From the NCBI GenBank assembly GCA_903789525.1, contig CAIFER010000002.1, forward strand, positions 62,000 through 125,999: a stretch of 64,000 bases of DNA, written 5' to 3'. This stretch comes from an uncultured Aeriscardovia sp. (lineage in GTDB: Bacteria > Actinomycetota > Actinomycetes > Actinomycetales > Bifidobacteriaceae). The position numbers were made by a program, and so were the translations under genes. Below are positions 44,212 to 53,601 of the stretch, in pieces; position 1 is the stretch's first letter; each line of letters starts with the position of its first letter. Below the pieces are notes generated by a model. It saw only the letters and a program-made list of their open reading frames with translations, searched no databases and had not been told where the DNA came from.

Positions 44212-45032
44212 TCGCCTTTCTGCGCTGGGGCGGTGGTGTCAGTATTTTCATCTGCCGACTCATAGCGGGCTGCCAGCGTCTGATATGCTCGCTTTGCTGC
44301 CAGCTCCTGTGCCTTGCGCTTCGCAGAACCTTGACCAGTTGCGGCGATACTGCCGTCTGCCATCACGACGGACGCCGTGTACGTCGGATGCGTCAAATTG
44401 CCGTCTGAAACAGTCCGATATGTCGGCTCAGCAAAATTGTTCTGATGTGCGAGAACGAGCAGCATGGATTTCCAGTCGATCCAGCGATCGGATTGCGCCG
44501 CGGTTGTAATCGTGGAATCGAGCAGACGCACCACCATCGCGCTCGCAGTCTGGAATCCGTGTTGCAGGAAGACTGCGCCGATCAGTGCTTCGACTGCGTC
44601 GGACAGAATCGTGTCTTTGTGCGCGTCACCTTGCTGTCGCTCGTTGTCGCCGAGCAAAATGAAGTCGCTGAGGTGGAGCGTTGTGTGAGCAACGTGGGCG
44701 AGTGCGTCTTGGTCGACCGACTTGGCGCGAATAAAGGTGAGACGCCCTTCCGGCCATTGCGGATAGCGAGAAATGACCTCTTTGGTGACGACGAGTTCAA
44801 GGACTGCATCCCCAAGGAATTCCAGTCGTTCATTGTTCGGAAGGCCCGGATGATCGTGTGAGAATGAGCGATGTGACAGAGCGTGCACAAGCAGGCCTGG
44901 CTTCACATCAACTCCGAGTGCTGCCAGTAGCTTCTCTGGGTGGTTGATCGACGAATAGTAGCGAGCCGGATCTTGCCGCGGTTGGTCGGTTCCCAGAAAC
45001 TCTCGGCTTTGCTTATCGCGAGAATGAGCCAT
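44208..45032 (-). CDS. rnc: Ribonuclease III
   Basis: ERLEFLGDAVLE signature and a C-terminal dsRBD. ATG 45032 is preferred over ORF-track start 45134. Confidence 0.9.
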   Translation of the reverse strand: MAHSRDKQSREFLGTDQPRQDPARYYSSINHPEKLLAALGVDVKPGLLVHALSHRSFSHDHPGLPNNERLEFLGDAVLELVVTKEVISRYPQWPEGRLTFIRAKSVDQDALAHVAHTTLHLSDFILLGDNERQQGDAHKDTILSDAVEALIGAVFLQHGFQTASAMVVRLLDSTITTAAQSDRWIDWKSMLLVLAHQNNFAEPTYRTVSDGNLTHPTYTASVVMADGSIAATGQGSAKRKAQELAAKRAYQTLAARYESADENTDTTAPAQKGE

Positions 45033-45092
45033 TGCACACCTCTCATCGCAGACGACTGAAAAGAACGTGTCACTGAAAAGACAGAAAGTATA

Positions 45093-45130
45093 AGAAAGGG
45101 CCCTGCCACCCGTCGATGGTAGGACCCTTC
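45093..45130 (-). terminator. Possible terminator/attenuator between rpmF and rnc
   Basis: Minus strand: GAAGGGTCC...GGCCCTTTC stem followed by a U-rich tract. Confidence 0.45.
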
Positions 45131-45160
45131 TCACGACCGTGATGGCCGATTGCAGTCAAC

Positions 45161-45361
45161 TCAGGCGTTTTGACGCAGAGTGGACTTTTGAGCAGCGCGA
45201 TACTGGCGACCGTGATAATAGCCGCAGGTCGGGCATGCCATATGCGGAAGCATACGAGCTCCGCAATTCGGGCAGACGACGGTTGCAACAGCCTTCGCCT
45301 TCCATGCAGAACGCCTTGTGTGCGTATTTGCACGCGAGGTCCGATATTTCGGAAGTGCCAT
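45161..45361 (-). CDS. rpmF: 50S ribosomal protein L32 (Cys-containing form)
   Basis: [18 protein letters not shown] and CPNCG...CPTCG. Confidence 0.95.
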   Translation of the reverse strand: MALPKYRTSRANTHTRRSAWKAKAVATVVCPNCGARMLPHMACPTCGYYHGRQYRAAQKSTLRQNA

Positions 45362-45471
45362 TTTTCCTCTATTCGATCGAATCTGTTAGCTTAAGCCTGA
45401 CATATATTAACGCACGGCGAAGATATGAGCCGATGTGCGCTGACCTGAGCGATACATGAGTCAAGGCACGT

Positions 45472-46167
45472 TCACTGATTGTGTCTCGGCTGACTGTTCG
45501 CTGAGTGAGCGTTGGTGTGCTTCGAGGAGTTCTGTGCCTGATTTTCCAGCTGTTGCTTCAGTCCTTCGAGTGCAGCCCAACGGATGTCATGTTGCTCGTG
45601 ATGGTGCTCCGGGTGATCGTTCAAGTTGACTCCGTCAAGCGGGCATAGCCCCTTGCAGTCTGGCTTGCACAGTGGAGTCGTTGGTAAGGTATCGACGAAC
45701 GAATCACGCAGAAGCGCTTCAACGTCAGCGTACGTCCCGCCCTCAGCGAGAGGGTACATATCTTGGCCAGCGTCTTCGTCAGCGATAATTTCCTTCTCGC
45801 GCGCATCCTTTCCGCGACCTGTGCGATCGGCATCTTCTGCTTCGCTCAAGTGGTATGGGAAGAAGACGGTCAGCGAGATGGTGATCGGGCCAGAGATATC
45901 TTTCAGGCATCGAGCGCACTGTCCGGTGACATGGGCAGTAGCGCGTGCAGACAGGATCAAGCCATCTTCGATGGAATCGAGGTGACCGGTCATGTGAATG
46001 TCACTGCCTTCGTGGATTCCGTAGAAGTCGTCACCAATGCCGCTCGGTGCTGGGAACGTGCTGTCAATCTCTTGGCTTCGGCCTGGGCGCCTGCTTGTGT
46101 CGGCGATACGGATAGCCCACGGAGACTGATTCTCGTGCTTCCAGCGGGACTGGAGTGGTGTGCTCAT
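45472..46167 (-). CDS. YceD/DUF177 family protein
   Basis: CARCL ... CKPDCKGLCPLDGVNLN Cys cluster. Conserved position upstream of rpmF. Confidence 0.85.
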   Translation of the reverse strand: MSTPLQSRWKHENQSPWAIRIADTSRRPGRSQEIDSTFPAPSGIGDDFYGIHEGSDIHMTGHLDSIEDGLILSARATAHVTGQCARCLKDISGPITISLTVFFPYHLSEAEDADRTGRGKDAREKEIIADEDAGQDMYPLAEGGTYADVEALLRDSFVDTLPTTPLCKPDCKGLCPLDGVNLNDHPEHHHEQHDIRWAALEGLKQQLENQAQNSSKHTNAHSANSQPRHNQ

Positions 46168-47087
46168 GCTTGATTCTCCCTTTGCTGTGGATCGTAGAGG
46201 CGATCGTGTCCAGCTAACGCAGCGTGATGCTGATTCTCGAGCTGTGTGCGTGCTTGTTCACGGCGCTGATCGAGAACTTGCAGTCCACCTTGCACGTCGC
46301 GAGACAGTTTGGTGAGCTGGTCGGACAGGCTCGTGAGCATTGACTGTGAGTACTGATCGGATCCATCAGAAATCTTCGCTGCGCGCTGCTCTGCATCGCG
46401 AATAATGTCATCGGCTTTCTGACGAGCCATATCGGTGACGTGTTCATGGCCGGAGAGATAGTCGGCACGCTGACGAGCTTCAGCGATGATCTTGCTAGCA
46501 CGGTCCTGCGCCTGACGCACGATCGCATCGCTACTCTCATGAGCCTTTGACAGCTGCTTTTCAGCCTGCCGCATCAGTGCAGATGCGCGTTCCAGCTGGA
46601 CCGGCAGCATCTTCTTGAGGTTGTGCAAGTACTCTTGGAACGTCTCGCGATCGATTTTGACCAGAGACGGGTTGAGGAAGACGGACTTGGCGTCTTCGAG
46701 GGTATCGCCCATCTCGCCGATGATGTCAAAAGCAGTCGTGAATTCTGAGTGAGACGCATCGATTGCTGAACTCATTGACTTCGTATCCGGTTCTGCTGTC
46801 GGCTCATCGAGAGGGTGGGCAGCTCCTTGATCGGCCTGATCGTCTTGTGCGTCGTTGTCTTGTGCGTCGTCGGCATTACCTGCAGGCACGTGAGCCTGTT
46901 CAGAATCCCCAGATTGCTCTGGCTGGTGATCGCCCGTATCAGGCTGCTGTTCCACTGGGTTATCGTCTGCCGTGTCATCATCGACTGGCTGATTCTGCTT
47001 GTCGCTCGGATTGAGCGCCTCGGAAGGTGTCATCGCGTGCACGACAGTCGTTTCAGTTTTATCGGCACTGTCTTTCTCATCACTCAT
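46164..47087 (-). CDS. Hypothetical protein: acidic disordered N-terminus plus ATP-synthase-b/DivIVA-like coiled coil
   Basis: A 110-aa Asp/Gln/Pro-rich N-terminus is followed by heptad-like AEARQRA...AEQRAAK repeats. ATGA overlap with the yceD start. Confidence 0.6.
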   Translation of the reverse strand: MSDEKDSADKTETTVVHAMTPSEALNPSDKQNQPVDDDTADDNPVEQQPDTGDHQPEQSGDSEQAHVPAGNADDAQDNDAQDDQADQGAAHPLDEPTAEPDTKSMSSAIDASHSEFTTAFDIIGEMGDTLEDAKSVFLNPSLVKIDRETFQEYLHNLKKMLPVQLERASALMRQAEKQLSKAHESSDAIVRQAQDRASKIIAEARQRADYLSGHEHVTDMARQKADDIIRDAEQRAAKISDGSDQYSQSMLTSLSDQLTKLSRDVQGGLQVLDQRREQARTQLENQHHAALAGHDRLYDPQQRENQA

Positions 47088-47168
47088 ATGTACTCCTGTT
47101 TTTCTCTTCTTCCCCTATCTTCTCATGTCTCTTCGATCGAAGAATGAAAAATGTGCAGAAAAGTGGTG

Positions 47169-47708
47169 CTATTGAGGTGTTGTTGAGTTGTTGCGCTGCT
47201 GAGTATGATCGGCTCGCCACAGTCCACGTTCCTTGAGTCGAGCGACGAGTGGTCCGATGACGATGGTGGGAACCATGCCGGAAATATCTCCGCCATAGCG
47301 GGCGACATCTTTAACGACGGTGCTGGAGATGTGCTCTTTCATCGGATCTGCTGGCAAGAAGAGCGTCTCAATATCTCCCAGCTTGCGATTGACGAGCGCC
47401 TGACCGAGTTCCATGTCGTAATCGCCGTTTTGCCGCAGCCCTTTGACGATCACGGATGCGCCGACCTTTTTGCAGTAGTCGGTGATCAGCCCCTCTGTAC
47501 TTTCGACGATGATCTGAGAGTAGCCATCTGCGTTCAGAGCATCGCGGATCATCTGAACCCGTTCTTTTTCGCTGAAAAGTGGGCGTTTCAATGAGTTAAT
47601 AGCCACCACGACATGCACATGTGAAAAGAGGTGGGAGACGCGCTCGATCACATCAATGTGCCCTGACGTTACGGGGTCGAACGAACCCGGACATACTGCG
47701 ATTGTCAT
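47169..47708 (-). CDS. coaD: Pantetheine-phosphate adenylyltransferase
   Basis: [27 protein letters not shown] 47708 is preferred over the longer ORF. Confidence 0.9.
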   Translation of the reverse strand: MTIAVCPGSFDPVTSGHIDVIERVSHLFSHVHVVVAINSLKRPLFSEKERVQMIRDALNADGYSQIIVESTEGLITDYCKKVGASVIVKGLRQNGDYDMELGQALVNRKLGDIETLFLPADPMKEHISSTVVKDVARYGGDISGMVPTIVIGPLVARLKERGLWRADHTQQRNNSTTPQ

Positions 47709-47817
47709 GTCATTGAGGCTAGTCCGGCGAGCGGATAGCTGCAAATCGTATATGTTTGTTCTTTCACCTCTCGCGCAACTGGACGGTGAGGGGTCCGGAA
47801 CGATTACACTGAGCTGT

Positions 47818-48210
47818 ATGAAACGTATGAGTGAACCTGACATCACAAGTCTGACCTCGACTCTTCCAGGGCAGGCGTTCGATATCGGTTTCACAAATCC
47901 TGCTGCACCATCCACGGCCAATCAGCCGTCACGTCAAGGTGGCACGCAGGTTCTTAACCGTCCGGATGAGGATTCGAAGCCGCTTCAGGACAACGGCGGC
48001 GATGCTGACCGGTATGCGCACTATGTTTCGCGTCGTTCCATGATGGAGGCACGGAAGACTGGTCGGCCGGTCGTAGCGCTGTGTGGGAAAGTGTGGGTGC
48101 CGAAGCACAATCCTGCTGGGTATCCGATTTGCCCTGATTGCAAGCGCATTTATGAGCAAATGATGGGTGGTAACAACAATCACGGCTCAGACGGATCAGA
48201 TAAGAAGTAA
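47818..48210 (+). CDS. DUF3039 domain protein
   Basis: DRYAHYV...[28 protein letters not shown]. The start could also be ATG 47827. Confidence 0.75.
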   Translation: MKRMSEPDITSLTSTLPGQAFDIGFTNPAAPSTANQPSRQGGTQVLNRPDEDSKPLQDNGGDADRYAHYVSRRSMMEARKTGRPVVALCGKVWVPKHNPAGYPICPDCKRIYEQMMGGNNNHGSDGSDKK

Positions 48211-48254
48211 AGAACTGTAGCGAATTCGTCATGTGGCGAGTTCGTCAGATTGTA

Positions 48255-48300
48255 AAAGGACATCCCCACGTCATGCAAGCGCAGGGATGCCCTTTCTTTT
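48255..48300. terminator. Possible terminator between convergent DUF3039 gene and pncB
   Basis: AAAGGACATCCC ... GGGATGCCCTTT with one mismatch and a 17-nt loop, followed by a T-rich tract. Confidence 0.45.
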
Positions 48301-48369
48301 CTTCATTTATTCGTAGCCGTATTTATGGCCATTTACTTATAGCGCCGATAGCGTTGATATTTTTAGTTT

Positions 48370-49770
48370 TTACCGCGCATCATACAGCTCAGTCGGAATC
48401 GCCGGATCGCCTTGCTGCAGTGAGAGCGCCTGAATCGGCAAGCTTGCCAACTCTTTCTTGTGCCGGTCGCGTGCCGCATACAGAGCGTCCGTCGTGGTGA
48501 GCGAATCGTCGAAATCACCATGGTCGACAGCTGTGATGAGCAGGGGACGAACTGTCATGCCTTCGCTAGCGGATTCGTCTGTGTCATACGGTGAAGTCCA
48601 CCGATCGAGCGCTTCCTGCGGACCAGAAACGACGAGTTCTGAATCGGCCACACCGTACTTGTAGGCGCGATATGCTTCCTTGCGCCAGCGAATGTTGCCC
48701 TTGTGCGCAGATTTCTTTGCGACACCGACCATTTGCCCGTCTGCGCCTTGCCGTTCGACGAGCTTGTACACCATTTCGCATGTCGGATAGCCGGAACCGG
48801 TCACGAGCCGTGTACCGACACCATACGAATCAACCGGAGCATCGCGCAGGGCGAGCAATGAATACTCATCCAGATCATTCGTGACGGTGATCTTCGTCTT
48901 CGTTGCCCCGAGTGCATCGAGCTGTTTGCGAGCGCGTTGAGCCATTGATGCGAGATCACCGGAATCGATGCGGATGCCGCCGAGATCCGGTCCGGCAACT
49001 TTCACGGCTGTACGAATCGCAGCCTCGATGTTGTACGTATCGGTGAGAAGCGTTGTTGACTTGCCGAGTGCTGCGATTTGCGAACGGAACGCGTCTTCCT
49101 CGCTGTCGTGGACGAGCGTGAAACAGTGTGCAGCCGTCCCGATCGCTTTCAGACCGAACTTCATCGCGGCAGCAAGATTGGCAGTTCCTGCGAATCCACC
49201 GACGATCGAGGCGCGGGCAGCAGCAATTGCGGCACCTTCATTCGCACGGCGACCACCCATATCGAAGCACGGACGGTCTTGCGCTGCCATTGTGATGCGT
49301 GAAGCAGCAGAGGCAACGGCGGAATCGTAGTTCAGAACTGAGAGGATGAGCGTTTCGAGGAGTGTTCCCTCACCGAATGTGGTGATGACCTGCAGAAGTG
49401 GGGAATTCGGGAAGTACACCGACCCTTCTGGATACGCGCGGATTGTGCCGTGGAAGCGGTACGAGGAGAGCCACTGTGCGGTGTGCGGGCTGACGATCTT
49501 GTTGTCGACGAGGAAGCGGATCTGCTTTTCTGATGGCCGGAAGTGCTTTATCATCGGCAGCAGCCGGCCAAGACCAGCGACAACCCCATAACGCCGATTA
49601 CCCGGAAGATGGCGAGCGTATACCTCAAACACACACTGCCGGTTTGCGGTGCCATCGGCGAGCGCGGCATCGAGCATCGTGTATTCATACATATCGGTCA
49701 GCAGTGCAGGCGAATCCTGCGCGTGATCGAAGCAATCAGCTGATGAGAGTGGAGATGCAGTCGTTGTCAT
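48370..49770 (-). CDS. pncB: Nicotinate phosphoribosyltransferase
   Basis: LLTDMYEYTM N-terminal motif and NAPRTase length and architecture. ATG 49770 follows GAAAGGA. Confidence 0.9.
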   Translation of the reverse strand: MTTTASPLSSADCFDHAQDSPALLTDMYEYTMLDAALADGTANRQCVFEVYARHLPGNRRYGVVAGLGRLLPMIKHFRPSEKQIRFLVDNKIVSPHTAQWLSSYRFHGTIRAYPEGSVYFPNSPLLQVITTFGEGTLLETLILSVLNYDSAVASAASRITMAAQDRPCFDMGGRRANEGAAIAAARASIVGGFAGTANLAAAMKFGLKAIGTAAHCFTLVHDSEEDAFRSQIAALGKSTTLLTDTYNIEAAIRTAVKVAGPDLGGIRIDSGDLASMAQRARKQLDALGATKTKITVTNDLDEYSLLALRDAPVDSYGVGTRLVTGSGYPTCEMVYKLVERQGADGQMVGVAKKSAHKGNIRWRKEAYRAYKYGVADSELVVSGPQEALDRWTSPYDTDESASEGMTVRPLLITAVDHGDFDDSLTTTDALYAARDRHKKELASLPIQALSLQQGDPAIPTELYDAR

Positions 49771-49772
49771 TG

Positions 49773-50477
49773 TCAATCCTTTCTGGATCGCTGTGACGAG
49801 CTGGCGTTGTAGTCCATGATTGCGCCATGAGGCAGAAGCCTATCGATCCCAATGATAATGAGTCCGAGCAGGGCTAGCGCGACGAGGCACAAGGCAACGT
49901 TGATCGCCACTTGACGCATTCCAATTGCTGGGAAGTCAAGGAAGTGATACGGGTATGGGTTGTGGTCGGTCGGCTTGCCGCTGATGCCTTGATGGGGGAA
50001 TAGATGTGCGTGGACGAGAATGATGCCGTACCACACGAACATCGGGATGAGCCAGGTGAGGAAGTAATGCCACCGATACGTGCGGTGCGTGTCGTTAAGG
50101 AGAAAGTCGAGCACGACCAAGATCGGCACAATGATGTGAACGACGTAAGATTCAGGGATCAGTCCGAATGTGTACGGATTATGCGCGATATCTGGCGCCG
50201 GCAAGATGGTGTTGGCAACGATCCCGGTCATGACTGCGCACAGGGTCGCTAAGCCTTTGAGCCATCGCCACGGCTGAACTCCGCGGAGGAGAGTAGCGAG
50301 TCCGGCCCACAAGAAGACGATTCCGACGAGCACATTCGTGTCCGTGGTGAAGTACAGCCACCGAACTGGCTCAATAAACATCCATGACCTGTACGTACCC
50401 GCGAAAGCGAAGACCGCGATCGCGATGCGAAAAATCGCCACAATGATTTGCCGCAAAGTTCTCATGGTGCTCACCAT
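49773..50477 (-). CDS. Integral membrane protein of unknown function (about 6 TM helices)
   Basis: Hydrophobic throughout. Its stop lies 2 nt before the pncB ATG. I cannot assign a family with confidence. Confidence 0.6.
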   Translation of the reverse strand: MVSTMRTLRQIIVAIFRIAIAVFAFAGTYRSWMFIEPVRWLYFTTDTNVLVGIVFLWAGLATLLRGVQPWRWLKGLATLCAVMTGIVANTILPAPDIAHNPYTFGLIPESYVVHIIVPILVVLDFLLNDTHRTYRWHYFLTWLIPMFVWYGIILVHAHLFPHQGISGKPTDHNPYPYHFLDFPAIGMRQVAINVALCLVALALLGLIIIGIDRLLPHGAIMDYNASSSQRSRKD

Positions 50478-50571
50478 ACCCGGCTGGCAAGAGACAGAAA
50501 GTGCCAGTAAAAGCCGGTAAAACCAAGCGCGTGAAGGAAAGTCGGGAAACTTTCGGCGCTAAGCTAAAGAT

Positions 50572-51339
50572 ATGAGTGAAATTCAGCTTGTTCGTCATGT
50601 CAATGGCAAAGTTGTGCGTTACGACGGTCGCTCGGTCGATCAAATGCGTCCGGTGAAAATTACGCGTCATTGGACGAAAAATCCAGAAGGCTCAGTGCTC
50701 ATTGAGTGCGGCGATACGCGCGTGATGTGCACGGCAAGTTGGTCCAATACGGTTCCGCGGTGGCGTCAAGGTCGAGGCCTTGGCTGGGTGACCGCCGAAT
50801 ACGCGATGGTTCCACGCGCAACGGGTACACGTAATCAGCGCGATTCTGTCAAAGGGCATGTCAACGGGCGTGCTGAGGAAATTAGCCGCTTGATCGGCCG
50901 GTCACTGCGCGGTGTCGTCGATTACAAGGCGCTCGGTGAAAACCAAATCATTCTCGATTGCGATGTTTTGCAGGCAGATGGTGGAACGCGGACAGCTTCC
51001 ATCACCGGTGCATATGTCGCGCTCGTCGATGCGATCAACTGGGCAAAGGCACATCATTACATTGATCCGTCGGCACGTGTGCTCACTGATCAGGTGTCTG
51101 CGATTTCGGCGGGCATTATTCACGGCATCCCGATGTTGGATCTGCCGTATCCGGAAGATTCCAACGCCGGCACAGATATGAACGTTGTGATGACAGGTGC
51201 CGGTAAGTTCATTGAGATTCAAGGCACAGCTGAGCATGGTCCGTTCGATCGGGCTCAACTTGGTCAACTTCTTGATCTTGCAGCCAAGGGCAATCGTGAA
51301 CTGCAAGCTCTGCAACGCCAGGCGCTCGCGGAAGACTGA
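50572..51339 (+). CDS. rph: Ribonuclease PH
   Basis: [29 protein letters not shown] and [13 protein letters not shown] motifs. Confidence 0.95.
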   Translation: MSEIQLVRHVNGKVVRYDGRSVDQMRPVKITRHWTKNPEGSVLIECGDTRVMCTASWSNTVPRWRQGRGLGWVTAEYAMVPRATGTRNQRDSVKGHVNGRAEEISRLIGRSLRGVVDYKALGENQIILDCDVLQADGGTRTASITGAYVALVDAINWAKAHHYIDPSARVLTDQVSAISAGIIHGIPMLDLPYPEDSNAGTDMNVVMTGAGKFIEIQGTAEHGPFDRAQLGQLLDLAAKGNRELQALQRQALAED

Positions 51340-51378
51340 GCAGCAGAGAACTAAACAGCAGAGGATTGAATTTCCATC

Positions 51379-52050
51379 ATGCATATCGTTCTGGCAACGC
51401 ATAATGCGGGGAAGGTCCCGGAGCTTGAAGCTGTTTTGCGCGAGGCTCTTGGTGACGACAGCGCGGAACTGACTGTGACGACTGCTGCGCAAGAAGGTCT
51501 ACCGGATCCACGAGAAACGGGCGTCACATTCCAGCAGAACGCGCTCATCAAAGCCTGTAGTGCGGCGCAGGGGACTGGTCTGCCAGCGATTGCCGATGAT
51601 TCCGGTCTCATCGTCGATATTCTCGGGGCAGCTCCGGGCATTCTTTCCGCGCGGTGGTCTGGGAAGCATGGTGACGATCAGGCGAACATTGATCTGCTTC
51701 TCGCTCAGCTCGCTGATATTCCTGATAACCAACGAGGGGCACGGTTTGAATGCTGTGCTGCTCTCGTCGTACCGGCATCGTTCATGCATCAGCTTGGCAA
51801 GCCAGCGAAGGCAGTTGAAGTATGCGAAAAGGGCGAGATGCGCGGTCATCTATTGCGGGCGCGCAGAGGTGCGAATGGATTTGGGTACGACCCGATCTTT
51901 GTGCCGAACGACCAACCGGGAACGCCAGCTGGAGCACCGCCCCGTACGAGTGCTGAGCTTACAGCGGAACAAAAAGACTCGATCTCACACCGTGGCAAAG
52001 CTATGCGGGCGCTCGCGCTCGACGTCAAACGCATTCTGTGTGACAAGTAA
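51379..52050 (+). CDS. rdgB: RdgB/HAM1 non-canonical purine NTP pyrophosphatase
   Basis: VLATHNAGKVPE, FGYDPIF and SHRGKA motifs. Confidence 0.9.
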   Translation: MHIVLATHNAGKVPELEAVLREALGDDSAELTVTTAAQEGLPDPRETGVTFQQNALIKACSAAQGTGLPAIADDSGLIVDILGAAPGILSARWSGKHGDDQANIDLLLAQLADIPDNQRGARFECCAALVVPASFMHQLGKPAKAVEVCEKGEMRGHLLRARRGANGFGYDPIFVPNDQPGTPAGAPPRTSAELTAEQKDSISHRGKAMRALALDVKRILCDK

Positions 52051-52109
52051 CAGCGAAAGTTGGGCGGTCGTCCACGGTCGCCAAGGGCCCATAAGTCACA
52101 ACACGAGCG

Positions 52110-53123
52110 TCACAACACGAGGTAAACGATCGTCATCAAGATCAGCGACACGATACAGGTGACGGTGAGCTGGAAGCCGGCAAGTTTGGCATTGCCGAGC
52201 ATGCGATCTGTGAAGAACGTTGCAAAGATTGATGCTGGCGACAAAGTGGAGACAGCCACGATTGTGCGAGTCTGCGGATCAAGCGGCAGGAGGAACCACG
52301 CTGCTGCGAAGAAGAGAACGGAGAAGCCCATTCTCCACAGGAATGCTTCGCTGACGGTGACAACCTCGTCTTTATTTGCAGGCATTTCCATGAGCATACC
52401 GATCATGATCATCGAGCAGAATGTGTTTGCGTCTGAAACCGGTTGCAAGAATGTGCCAACGAGCGCCGGGACGTGCACATTGAACAGCAGCATGATGATG
52501 AGCACGATGTACACGTCAAAAGACGGCGATTTGAGGTAGGAGAGCGCGATCGAACGCGTCATTGCACGCCGTGCCAGTGAGCGAGCATCCGGATCAGTAG
52601 GGCGGACGCGGACATGCTGATTGCCATTCTGGTCGACGGCGATGCTTTCGGCGATTGGTTTGTCTGGCTGAATCTTCAGCAATGTTGAAGCAATTGCGTT
52701 ACTCGTTGCGGCGACGACGAGGCAATTGCCGACATCGTACATGACGGACGGCATCAGGCCTTTTGGTCCCCACAGCGCCTGAACGACTGGGAACGTGAAA
52801 TTCCCGACATTCATTCCTGACCCGTTGAGCGTGAGGAAGAAGCGCTTGGAAATCCGCTTAGAGTGACGGGTTGCAAAGAAAATAACCGGGACTGGAATGA
52901 CCGCGCAAATGAAGCCGAACAGCGAAATGAGCAGCATCGAGCGGTCGGGGTGGCGGACAGCAAACGAATAAATGATGGCAGCCGGGAGCGTGAGATTAAA
53001 AATGACTTGCTCCAGCACGCGATACCCGTGCGCGCTGACCATATGGCGGCGCTTGAAAATGTATCCTGCTGCGATGATCAGCAGCAGCGCTAACGGTTGC
53101 AGCAAGATACGAAAGATAGCCAC
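52110..53123 (-). CDS. AEC (auxin efflux carrier) family transporter
   Basis: About 10 TM helices in two halves with a central hydrophilic loop. GTG 53123 follows AGAGGA, and ORF-track start 53153 is also possible. Confidence 0.8.
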   Translation of the reverse strand: MAIFRILLQPLALLLIIAAGYIFKRRHMVSAHGYRVLEQVIFNLTLPAAIIYSFAVRHPDRSMLLISLFGFICAVIPVPVIFFATRHSKRISKRFFLTLNGSGMNVGNFTFPVVQALWGPKGLMPSVMYDVGNCLVVAATSNAIASTLLKIQPDKPIAESIAVDQNGNQHVRVRPTDPDARSLARRAMTRSIALSYLKSPSFDVYIVLIIMLLFNVHVPALVGTFLQPVSDANTFCSMIMIGMLMEMPANKDEVVTVSEAFLWRMGFSVLFFAAAWFLLPLDPQTRTIVAVSTLSPASIFATFFTDRMLGNAKLAGFQLTVTCIVSLILMTIVYLVL

Positions 53124-53242
53124 CAGAGTTCCTCTCTCTCGATGCACACGCACATTGCAAAATCAAGCTTAAAGGTGGTCAGAGATTTTAAAAAGATTTG
53201 AATGAGTGCGTGTCATCAGCGAGGAATGATGCGGTGATGGCG

Positions 53243-53324
53243 TGCGCGAGATGGGACTTGAACCCACATGACAAAAGTCACAGGAACCTAAATCCTGCGC
53301 GTCTACCAATTCCGCCACTCGCGC
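53243..53324 (-). tRNA. tRNA-Leu (anticodon UAG), class II long variable arm
   Basis: Manual cloverleaf on the minus strand: acceptor GCGCGAG/CUCGCGC, anticodon stem CAGGA/UCCUG, loop UUUAGGU, T-arm GUGGG/CCCAU. Confidence 0.9.
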
Positions 53325-53356
53325 AAAGAAATAATGCAGAATACTACGAACATGAG

Positions 53357-53429
53357 AGCCACTTGGCAGAATCGAACTGCCGACCTTCTCTTTACGAGAG
53401 AGACGCTCTACCGACTGAGCTAAAGTGGC
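53357..53429 (-). tRNA. tRNA-Thr (anticodon CGU)
   Basis: Manual cloverleaf on the minus strand: acceptor GCCACUU/AAGUGGC, anticodon stem UCUCU/AGAGA, loop CUCGUAA, T-arm GGCAG/CUGCC. Confidence 0.9.
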
Positions 53430-53601
53430 ACTCTCCGTACATCAATTTGTACGAACAATGGTTCATGATAGCCCACATCATGGATGAAATACAACCGCGT
53501 GTAATTTTTCAGGAAATATTGAAGAAATAAGTGGAAGCTTGAAGCGGGGAGCATTACTCTTCCCTTGAGAGGATGTTTCACCTGCGGACAGGAGGTCGGT
53601 G

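Noticed and set aside
53198-53530. 110-aa ORF across the tRNA-Leu / tRNA-Thr region
   Set aside because: It is the reverse complement of two well-folded tRNA genes and is not a protein gene.
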